Assembly (NCBI RefSeq): GCF_038025025.1
Contig: NW_027117339.1
Location: forward strand, 2,170,001-2,234,000
Origin: Phyllosticta citribraziliensis
Lineage: Eukaryota
Length of the DNA: 64,000 nt
Direction of reading: 5' to 3'
This document shows, piece by piece, positions 23,001 through 33,254 of this stretch. Position 1 is the stretch's first letter; each line of letters starts with the position of its first letter. The notes under the pieces are model-generated. The model ran no database searches, was not told where the DNA came from, and was given only the letters and a program-made list of their open reading frames with translations. Position numbers and translations under genes: made by a program.

Positions 23001-26000
23001 CACGCTCCTCGAATTGCTGCGATCTACCTCTAGAACCAAACTGGGATTCGGTTGGAGGGAAGCAATCATACAGTATGCGTTGTCCATTACAGAGCTTCAG
23101 AGACTACTAAGAAGCATTCATGCCGGTTTGAAAAACAATCCGAGGGGAATGGAAGAGGAACGAAAAAACCTTGGACACGAGAACTGGAACCCCGCGGAGC
23201 ATCCCGACTGGCTTCTTCTAGAGATTGACGCCAATATCCTGATCCGACCAGACCAAGTCGACGTCGCTCTTGCAACCATATCTCCAGCTTCCAGCGGTAA
23301 TTCTGTCTTGCAGATGAACATGGGTCAAGGCAAAACATCGTGTATCATGCCCATGGTTGCAGCTGTCCTTGCAGATTCGAAGAGACTGGTCAGAGTCATA
23401 GTCCCGAAAGCTCTGCTTCTCCAAACTGCGCAAACCTTGCAGGCGCGGCTTGGGAACCTCTTAGGAAGAGATGTGAGACATGTCCCGTTCTCACGAAAGA
23501 CTCCAACGGCGATCGACACCATCAAAACTTTCCTGAATATCCACAGGGATGTACTGGAATGCTCCGGCGTCATTGTCGCCCTGCCAGAACATGTAATGTC
23601 GTTTACGCTGAGCGGAATACAGCGCCTTTCGGACGGTCGCGACGCAGAAGCGGTCCCAATGATCAATGCGCAGAAATGGATGCGCAGGATATGCAGAGAT
23701 GTACTTGACGAGTGCGACTTTACGCTCGCTGTCCGAACGCAGCTCATCTACCCCTCGGGTCGACAAACCCACGTTGACGGGCATCCCGACCGCTGGGAGC
23801 TTCCCGAGGCGCTACTAAAGCTCGTGGAGGGTCACTTGTGGAACCTACGTCGAAAATTTCCACGAAGCATCGAGGTCGTGTACAGGCAAGGGGGCGGTTT
23901 CCCCTGGATTTTCTTCCTCCGCAAGGACGTAGAAGAAGCCCTGGTATTATGCCTGGTAGAGGATGTCATTCGTGGCCGTGTGCGAACAATTCCTCTGCAG
24001 GACAGCGACGCTGAGACCTTGAGAGCAGTCAGGAGCTTCATCAGTGGACCTCAGGTGGATGCGTCTGCTGCGGAACAGGTGGATGCGCTTCCAAGTACGA
24101 CCAAAAAGGGCGTCTACCAGCTTCGTGGTCTACTAGTTCACCGCATTCTACTCTTGACGCTCAAAAAGAGATGGAACGTGCAGTATGGACTGCATCCATT
24201 GCGGGACCCGATTGCAGTGCCGTACTACGCAAAAGGCGTCCCATCAGACCAGTCCGAATGGGGTCACCCAGATGTCGCCATCTTGTTCACCTGTCTCTCC
24301 TTATACTTCGCCGGCTTGACACTTGCCCAGCTTCGAGAATGTCTGCAAAGCGTTCTCAAGGCTGACGACCCTTCCAGCAGGTACGATCGTTGGGTTGAGA
24401 GCGTGGGGAGCCTCCCTGGCCCGCTTCGAGAGTGGAACATCATCAACGCCGACGATGAAGCCCAACTGCTCGAGCTCTGGGGTCATTTCCGCTACAGTGT
24501 GGTTGTTATCGATTATTTCCTCAACCATTCCGTCTTTCCAAAGCATGCGAAGCAATTTCGAACGAAGATTCAGGCCTCAGGATGGGACATACCGTACTTT
24601 GAGCCGCAGTCGTCGAATTCATCCAAGCCAACAGCAAAACCTTGTCGGGCTTTGACTACAGGGTTTAGCGGGACTAATGATAATCGCACCATGTTGCCGC
24701 TGACAATCAAGCAAGACGACCTGTCGGGGTTGATGCACACGAACGCCGACGTCTTAACGTACCTGCTGCAGCCACGAAACCGAGGCTACTTCCTAGCGGC
24801 TGACCACTCTGGGAAGCGGGTATCAGAGATGGGGTTACTTCAGCGACTGCACGACCGGAGCATTCGCATGCTAATCGATGCGGGAGCCCAGATATTGGAG
24901 ATGGACAACAAGACGCTAGTCAAAGCCTGGATGGATGTTGATACTCAGTCGAAAGCAGCTCTCTACTTCAAAGAGAACAAGCCATTCATCCTGTACCGAA
25001 ACGGCACCGAAGTTCCTCTCTTAGCGTCCCCGTTCATCGACGACTTGAGGGAGTGCCTGGTCTATTTGGACGAGGCCCACACCCGTGGCACAGACTTGAA
25101 GATGCCTGGCGACGCCGTAGGTGCTCTGACCCTTGGACTCGGGCAGACAAAAGACCACACCGTACAAGCTGCTATGAGGTTGAGGCAGCTGGCTTCAACG
25201 CAGTCCATCGTGTTTGTGGCAACGCCAGAAGTGCATCAGAGCATTCTGGACCACAATCAAAAGGCCGAAGGCTCGTCCGTCGACTCCTGCGACGTTGTTT
25301 GTTGGCTTCTTGAACAAACGTGTGCTGGGATCGAGCAACTTCAGCCACTCTACCATTCCCAAGGTATGGATTTCTGTCGTCGTGCGCAAGCTGCAGTCGA
25401 CAACCCGGACTACTTAAGCGACACGACCGACTTGGAGGCCTATCTGAAGGAAATGCGCCGCAAGGAGCACCAGACCGTTGAAAAGATGTACCAGCCGAGA
25501 TCTACTAAGGTCAAAGATGTCGACGCGATCGAATATTTCCACTCTGCCAATATTGCTTCTTTCAGGACTGAGCTGAACCGCCGCCGCAAGGCCTTCCAGG
25601 ATGCTGGTTCCGCCGTTCAAGGCGTAGCCCTGCAAGAAGTCGAGCAGGAGCGTGAGGTCTCGCAAGAAGTTGAAGCTGTCAGGGAAGTTCAAAAGCCGCT
25701 CCGTGTCACGCCTCTGAGGTATGGCGGCCTTCATGGGGACATCGCAAAATTTGCTCGAACTGGCAAGGTTACTTTTGGATCTCCTAGCTTTGAGCATCTC
25801 TCTGTTGTCCTAAGCTGCACCGCGACAGGCCGGAAGCATCGACTAGGTGACGAGTGCATTCGCACCAGGTTACTGGTATCTAGAGAGTTCTTGAAAACGG
25901 TGGCCTTGGGTCACCCTGACGACCGCTTCTTACGTCCAGTAAACTGGTTACTCTGGTGCGAGGCAACAGAGACCGCTCTAGTTGTGACACCGGAGGAAGC

Positions 26001-26541
26001 CGAGGATCTTATTCCACTGGTCAAAAGGGCTGAGAAGAAGAGCTCAATAACGCACCTTCTCACATACGCGGCGCCAGTGACCAGAAAAATGCTACAATTC
26101 AATGGCCTGCGATATTACAGCATCCCAGAATTGCCCGAAAGCTGGGCTCCCCCACAATGGACAACTATCGAACTGGGTCTCTTGGCCGGACGGCTGTTTT
26201 TCGAGTTTGACGAGTACGTCAGCCTCGCCAATTACTTCGGCCTTTCTGTCAAGGAGCAGGTAGGGGAGCATTCAGACGGTATCCGCGAAGCCGTCGAAGG
26301 GGAAGAGAGTGAGTATTCGGATCGTCACGAAGACACAACCACCGAGGACCAACGTGACCGCCACGTCCAAGCATGTTTGTCGATTCGAGATTCAACCATC
26401 AAAACGCTCGAATTTTTGCAAGAGTGGCTTTCAACCAGACGCAGGGGCCAAGAGATTGGCAATACGCCCATGGGATTCGTCTGTCACGGCATGCTGCTAT
26501 CCGCGGATCATCCCTTTTTCAATCCAGCCAAGAGTGACTGA
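17055..26541 (+). CDS. Giant DUF6606/DUF3638/DUF3645-type protein with SF2 helicase-like P-loop NTPase motifs, ~3143 aa
   Basis: Exon 17055-17407, intron 17408-17462 (GTATGT..CTAAT..CAG), exon 17463-26541. N-terminal LIFHVVLPEKLP; Walker A-like QMNMGQGKTS; DECD; IAVPYYAKGVPSDQSEWGHPDV; GFSGTND; LIDAGAQ; YLDEAHTRGTDL; KDHTVQAAMRLRQL; EVEQEREV. Confidence 0.88.
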
Positions 26542-26611
26542 ACCTACAGATGAGCGATTTGCCACACTTGCGGCGAACAATGCTGGCTTTTCAGTTGCCT
26601 TTCGACTAACA

Positions 26612-26686
26612 ACTCTGCGACGACTGACTCTGAGACGACTGACTCTGCGACGACTGACTTTGCGACGACTGACTTTGCGGCAACTA
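26612..26686. repeat. 15-bp minisatellite (ACTYTGCGACGACTG) x5
   Basis: Units start at 26612, 26627, 26642, 26657 and 26672; the last is degenerate. Confidence 0.9.
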
Positions 26687-27663
26687 ACCTGTACAAGCTA
26701 CAGGTGAGCAAGATCATGAACGTGTCGTACACACAACCATGGCTGGCCCCCGTATCCGCGCTTCGAGTCATTGGAGTATCAATGTCTCAATGATCTGTCT
26801 CGTTCATCCGCTGGAAACTTGAATGCTTCCTCTTTCCACGACCCGAGTGAGCTTGGCTACACTATCACTGACGACAAAACTCGTCTCCGTGGAAGCTCCG
26901 TATTTGCGTAATCTGTCAGGACTGGAAACGGGTTGGATGATGAACAGCGAAGAGAGGAAGGGAGCTGTCTGGGAATACGTAGGTAGTTCAGACTTGGTTA
27001 GATAGAACATGCAATGCATGAAACTCATGCTCCGTCACTGCTGTGTCCTGATATAGATGCGTAGACTTCGTCGAACTCGTGAGGAAATTATGGCTGCAAA
27101 ATTTTGGGGCTGGTGGGCATTGCGCGTAGGTGCAACGGGCAGTCACCCAAACGTCCCTTCTGCTCTAGGCAAAACTATACATCATCGCGCCACGCACCCA
27201 CAAGCTGGCCATGGCCTTCAACCCACATTCATCGATTTGAGCCCTTCGGAAAAGTGACAAACAGGCGGCTCGCTTGCGCCGCACATCGCCTACTGTTGCC
27301 AACGCCCTCTCTCTCGCCGTCGCCAGTGCCAGCGCCGTCGCCGCCTCTTTTTTGTCTTGCAAAGGCAAAAGAAACCTCATCCTCGACCCCGGGCTTAGAT
27401 CTGCAAGACCATCCATCCCACGCCATCATTTGATCGACAGCGTGAGTGCGCTGCTGCCGTTTCTTGTCAACATCACTTCTGACCAGCCTTTGCGCAGGAA
27501 TCTTACCTGAGACCCATCCGCCGCGGGTGATCAGCTTGCTGGGCGCGTTTGTCTGCCTGTCGCCTTGGCTTCCTCCGCCGTTTTCCATCACCGAGCACAG
27601 ACTTAGCCTCGTCACTGAAGCTTCATCCAGCCCCATCACCGCCGCCACCAACCGGAGCACATC

Positions 27664-28697
27664 ATGCCAACTCAAAGAATTACGGAAGTCCCAATGCTGC
27701 AAGGAGACAAAATTTACTTATCTTGGCGTGCTGATGTTGAAGCCCGCTTTAGAGAGTTAGGTTTCTACGAACATGCTATTGCCGACCAGGACTTCGACCA
27801 GGAGGTCTACAAACGTTGTCCGAGCGAACCTGACTACTCGACATACAAAGAAGATAATCGGATGGACAAATATGACCAATGGAAGTCTCAAGAAGCCAAG
27901 GCCCATCGTGTCATCCGAAATTCAATCTCAGGCTGATGTGTGAAACAATGACACTCAAAGAAGGTGGCGGATCCGCTTCTGCCTGGACCATCATGAGCGA
28001 CCTTCAGAAGCGATACACCAGACTGAACCACGCAGAAACCCAGTACATTGTCCATCAACGCTGGCACACGATAAAATGGGACGGCGACTACATTGGGTTC
28101 TTCATTTCCAAATGGAGCGCTGCTCTGACAGACTGCCTTGACGCCGGCATCGAAATCTCTGAAGACACAAAGTTCTTCACGCTAATGTCCGCTATCGACG
28201 TTCAAGAAAAAAAGGTCTTCAAGAATTGGGTGCGCCTGACATTGGCTGAAACACAGATCAAGGGCTACAAGACCCTGGGTGTCTATTTCCGTGAGCTTAT
28301 CGACACTTGCACCTTTGAATCAGAAATTAGAATGGCACAGGTCGAAGGCGACCCAAAAATGATCACTAAGAGAAGGTGTGGAGTGTGCGGAGTGACGGGT
28401 CATGTGTCGCGTGGATGCTGGCATCTGCTCCCGGAAATTGCTCCAAAAGAGCTCAAGTTTGAACCTGACAAGAGGCTTGTTCAGGAATTCTTCAAGCGGA
28501 AAGCGGAGGCAGACAAGCGCAATGACAAGACCAAGGGCAAAGAGCTGGGAGAGGAAGGTGATATTGAAGAGATCATCAACGAAAATTCAGGAGAATGGGA
28601 AATGGTCATGGGGGGGATGGTTTGGTACAAGGACTACCCGAAAATTGCAAGGGAAGAAACAGAGTGGTGGCAGGGAGTCCAAGGCAGCAATGATTAG
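27664..28697 (+). mobile_element. Ty1/copia gag-like gene, copy 2 (single frameshift near 27934) with intact CCHC zinc knuckle
   Basis: VPMLQGDKIYLSWRADVEARFRELGFYEH N-terminus in one frame. The rest continues in the -1 frame with RWHTIKWDG..DCLDAGIEI and CGVCGVTGHVSRGCWHLLPE (CX2CX4HX4C). No pol follows. Confidence 0.8.
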
Positions 28698-29225
28698 GAG
28701 TGCAGAGGTATCAGAATAACAACACCAAATGAAATAGGTTTAGCAAGCTTGTCCTGTGGGTGGCACCAGATCAAGCAGGGGTAGTCACCGGGTGTTGAGC
28801 GTTACCTGACCAGCTTTGAAAAGAGAAGCTTGAGAATGGCAAAGTGACAAGACCGTGTGAATTGTCGATCAAAATGACATCTAGCTGACCAGCTCAATCG
28901 CCGTGCCTGAATTTGAGCAATGAGGTAGTCCGTCTAAACAAGGACTCCGCCACCACTAATCCGCTTTGTGACGGAACTCCGTGTTTTCACGGAATAGTGT
29001 AGCTGGCGTTTGCAAAGCAGATTCGCCAATCCTCTCCTAGTAAAAGGAATTGCTAAGTGAGCTCAATGAAATCCTAAGCATAGGCCGTCCTTCGGATACA
29101 GCAAAACACCTTTTGAACGCAGCCATTCCGTGTTCTGGTCGCGCCAATTTCCTCGACAGTTTCGCCACCGAGCCCACCGCCATTCGAACCACAGCTTCAC
29201 GAAGACCACACAAGCAGCGTCCATC

Positions 29226-30041
29226 ATGTCGGACTACAAATGGCCAAAATTGGAAAGTCCCTATGACTTCAAAGCATGGATGCGAGGTCTGAAGACCAGT
29301 CTCATGCTTGAAGGATTTTGGGAACACGTCCACGACGGTACGCCTGCAGTATGAGACTCTCCCAGTCCCACGGCCATCTAATTGGATACCTTCCCAGACT
29401 CAAAGGTCATCGAAAATGACAACGCCTGGCTGGCCAAAGATTGCGAGGCAAAAATATTGATATGTGCGTCGCTGGCAAATTGGTACATGGCCGTTGAGGC
29501 AGGATTTGAAACAGAAAACGCTCATACCATGTACAACAATCTGGTTGAGAAATTCAATATCGTCAACAAAGTCAGCAAGTACAGGCTTTACCAATCCTGG
29601 ATTGGGCTACAGTGGGACGGGACCTATCTGGAAGATTTCCTGGCCAAGTGGATCATGGCAGTTATGGACTGCCGCGACGCTGGCATCGAAATTTCCAACG
29701 AAGTCGAGGTCCTGACTTTTGTCGCCATGGTCGCGAAATGTGGCAATGAGACTTTTGAGCAATGGGCTCATTTGAAGATGCTCCAAGCGCCTAAACGGGA
29801 GATTCCGGAGGACGTCGAATTGTTCCGCGAGCTTCGCGAGCTCTGGATTTGACAAGTGTACAGGTGTGGAGATCAAGAGGAGCGGAAGAAGACCTGCGGT
29901 GTTTGTGGAAACAGAGGCCACACTCCTGATGGATGCTGGCATTTACATCCTGATCTTGGCCCTGAAAAGTTTCGACAAAGGAAACAGCTTGTCAGAGCAT
30001 GGAAGCTGAGGATGGAGATGCCCATCGACGAAGACAAGTAG
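29226..30041 (+). mobile_element. Ty1/copia gag-like gene, copy 3 (one frame, three in-frame stops) with intact CCHC knuckle
   Basis: MSDYKWPKLESPYDFKAWMRGLKTSLMLEGFWEHV; SWIGLQWDG..DCRDAGIEI; CGVCGNRGHTPDGCWHLHPD. Stops TGA 29352, TAA 29379 and TGA 29850 are all in the same frame. Confidence 0.8.
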
Positions 30042-30448
30042 AATCATCATAATATCGAATGCGGCGGCTCTCATCGCGCGTACGGCGACACATGATTAGA
30101 CAAGGAGTATTTCCCTTGAGTCTTGCTCGGAGAAATAAAACAGGAAATAAAGACGAAGTTGGTGGCCTACACATAACCGACAAACCCTTCCTCTTAAGAG
30201 CCGATGCCATAACACCGTGCGTGCCTGCATTGAAGTCCTTCGACTGAAATTGACGCCGCGAATCGCATGGATCCTCCCCACGGGCGCGCGCGATTGCCGT
30301 TTGGCTACAGTGCGCGTGCATAAGCCGGGGGAAGGCTGAGACGACCTGTCGGACGAAACTATGCGATGGAAAGAAGGAAAGAAGTAGAATGAAGCCAGCG
30401 GGGTGTTGTTCTGTGGTGGGTTGCTGCCTTCCTAGACGCGGCGACAAG

Positions 30449-30484
30449 GCGAAATCACAAGCTTAGCGAGATCACAAGCTTAGC
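30449..30484. repeat. 17-bp tandem duplication GCGARATCACAAGCTTA x2
   Basis: gcgaaatcacaagctta gcgagatcacaagctta gc read directly. Confidence 0.8.
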
Positions 30485-32389
30485 TCTAGGCCCAAGTTAG
30501 TTAGACTCGGTCTCCCACAGCGAATCAGCGCGCGCACTTGCAACATCGAACGTAGTAAAAAACATTGCATTCATATCATATTCTGCGTGGCACGATGGGA
30601 CTGTTGAAATTGTATGAGAGAAATGGCGCCTCAAATTACTTCACCAACACGCATGCCTACACATCGGCGAGGAGCTCGGTTTGCAGCTCTCGTCTAGTAG
30701 ACTTTTCAAGTCCAGTCAGATGTGCGTGAGATGCAATAACCAGCGCACAGCAGCCAAGTGAAGGGCGAAGCTGATTTCGTCCAAAGGCTCTTCCAGCGGC
30801 AAAATTTGGGGTTTGAACAGCAGCTGCTCCACCAGATTTGAGATTTCCATTGCGAGAACACATCCAATCCAGAGTAAATGACCGATAGAAACACCGTATT
30901 GTAGTTTGAACTCCGTGCATGCAATACTCATCGTAGATAACCCCATGGGACGAGTTGAATTCTCGACTCAAATTTCAAGCCGTTGACCCATCGGGTCACT
31001 TGCGATCTTTCGTCAAAAGAGGAAGAAGTATGAGCCAAATTTTGTGCGAGCTACTTTGACTTTGGCATCATAGTCCCCGCAAGGTAATGGAATGAAGAAA
31101 ACTTGACATTCTGGGTTTTGCGAGGTTGGTTTCAGAGGCCAAGTTTCGTCGTTTTCGAGTTCTGCCGAACACATGTCCGGTCACCGCACGACTTTGGACA
31201 AAAGCGACAGAAACCTGGGTGATTGGCATTGCCTCCTGTTAGAAATTTGGCCTGTGAAATACAGCATAGGCATTTTGAGATGGCGTAATGACTTCTGAGG
31301 GTATGCAGTGCTGCTTCCACAGGCACTTCTTGGTCGCATTAAACCCCCTTCAGTGTGCCCCTTTAAGACCATTTCGGCTCCAAGAGCCAGCTAACTCGAG
31401 AGGTAACATGGGAACGGCCCGAATTATGGGACCAAATGAGTTGGAAATAGTACGATGCAGGTCTTCATCTGAAATCCGACCGACAAGGCCCGCCCAGCCC
31501 TTGGCCAAGCTGCGGAAGGCCAACGAAGGGACCGCAACATGTGGGACGGCCAACACAGACGGAGAGTCAGGAAGGGAGAGGATATACAGGGAGTATAGGG
31601 TAAGTTATCAGGCGATATCGAACCCTTTATGTTGCGTTTCCAGGGATTTGAAGAAAACCCCGAACGAGCACCACTCACGTGACAATCACATTCCAGTCTT
31701 GACCCTCCGATGTTTCCAGGAACCAACGCTACACTACTCCACGTTTCGAACCGACTCATCCTTGCTTCACCATCTGCAAGTTCCGGTGGTCTGAATCTGG
31801 GAGGTGATGGGCGACGGCTTACGGTTCTCAAAGGATCACCATGGTTTGCTGAACTTGGAGACTTCGTCATGCAATGCTCTCCGCAATCGATTATCTTTTC
31901 TTTTCTTGGTACTCCTGCCGCCACGCCTCAAACCCAACTTGCGAAGCCATCTCAGCCTCCTCTTCCATTGTGTCCACCTAAAATCGTATAGCCGACGCCC
32001 TTATCATACAGGGCGATACATTCGTACAATGCAAAGAAAATATCAGACTTCCGCACCCCTGCCGCCTCTCATCACACCGCATCGCATCGGGGTATCAGTA
32101 CAATTATATCGTGTCTGTCCCAGCCTTTGCATCCGCGTCTGTTTCCGAGCAAAGCGTAGAACGAGCCAAAAAGAAAAGTGACCAAAAGTCGTGAAAACCG
32201 AAAAGTTCAAAAGCCAAAGGAAGCCAAACGTGGCATTTCAAGGACGGATAGGCGTATGTGTCGCAATGCGCCATCGTGAAAGCAGAAGCAAAGCAGAAAG
32301 GGACAAGCGCGTTGGCGGCGGAGCCCGCATGTCTCGAAAACGAAGAGGTAAAGTCTCATGTCCACTCTCGTGAGCTGCACTTGGGTCCA

Positions 32390-33254
32390 TTACCACATGG
32401 CGGCAGCGAAGCCAGCCGCAGCAAGGACGAAAGCAGCGACGCTACCACGGGCAATGGCGCTAGCACCGCTGGTAGGTGCCGAACCGGGAGTGCTCGTAGC
32501 CGCAGCGCTCTCCTCGGTGGCACTGGACCTGGACGCAGTGCTCAACGTGGAGCTGGCACCAGACTTGGTAGCAGAGGCAGAGGCCGTGGATGAGACGTCA
32601 AGGGCGGTCACCGAGGCATCCGTCGCGGAAGTCTTGCTAGCCGAAGTCTTGGAAGCAGACTCAGTTGACGAGGCGGCCGCAGACGAAGCGGCGCTGCTGC
32701 TGACGGCAACAACATTGGTGCTTTGAATGGTAAAGTAAGGGTAGTAGTTGGTCTGCGACGTGTTCTCGTCGTTGACAATCTGGATGGTGTAGTCGGTGCC
32801 ACGGACGACGTCGGTGGGAACACTCCAAGTGTAGGAGCCGTCGTTGGGAATGTTGGCTGCAGCACCGTTAGGGTTGACTGTTGGAATCAAGGGTGGTGAT
32901 ACCACAAAGCGGAGAAGAGTGTGGGGGAAGCAAGGGGCATCCGCAGGAATGCAGACTCGTGATCTAAAGTAAACATTAAACATACCGGCAATGGTTGCGC
33001 CCGAGCCCAAGTTGCTGCTTGCGCCTTGGCGGAGCTTCAAGGTAACAGTCTTGCCTGCAGTAGGTTCCCACTGGATAGTGGAGTCCTTGCCGGCCTCGGG
33101 GTTAAAGCCACTGAAGAGAGTTGGTGAGTATAATGTGTTCAAAAGCTGTTGGTCAAACATACCTCATAGGCACGATGAAGGCATTCTCTCCGGCTGCGGC
33201 AGCAAGGGCCGAGAGGCCGGCAATGATGATGGGAATAGCAGAGGAGAAGCGCAT
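32390..33254 (-). CDS. Secreted Ser/Thr-rich GPI-anchored cell-wall protein (Kre9/Knh1-like N-terminal domain)
   Basis: Exons 33254-33163, 33110-32986 and 32856-32390. Signal peptide MRFSSAIPIIIAGLSALAAA; TIQWEPT..VTLKLRQG..NDGSYTWSVP..YTIQI..NYYPYFTI; Ser/Thr stalk; hydrophobic GPI tail (GASAIARGSVAAFVLAAAGFAAAMW). Confidence 0.88.

Noticed and set aside
14000..31900. Starship or intact LTR retrotransposon as the explanation for the accessory island
   Set aside because: No tyrosine-recombinase captain, pol domains, LTR pairs or target-site duplications were identifiable by eye.
30100..32300. Short overlapping ORFs downstream of gag copy 3
   Set aside because: No recognisable motifs or consistent splice model; no pol remnant detected, although a sensitive translated search could still find one.
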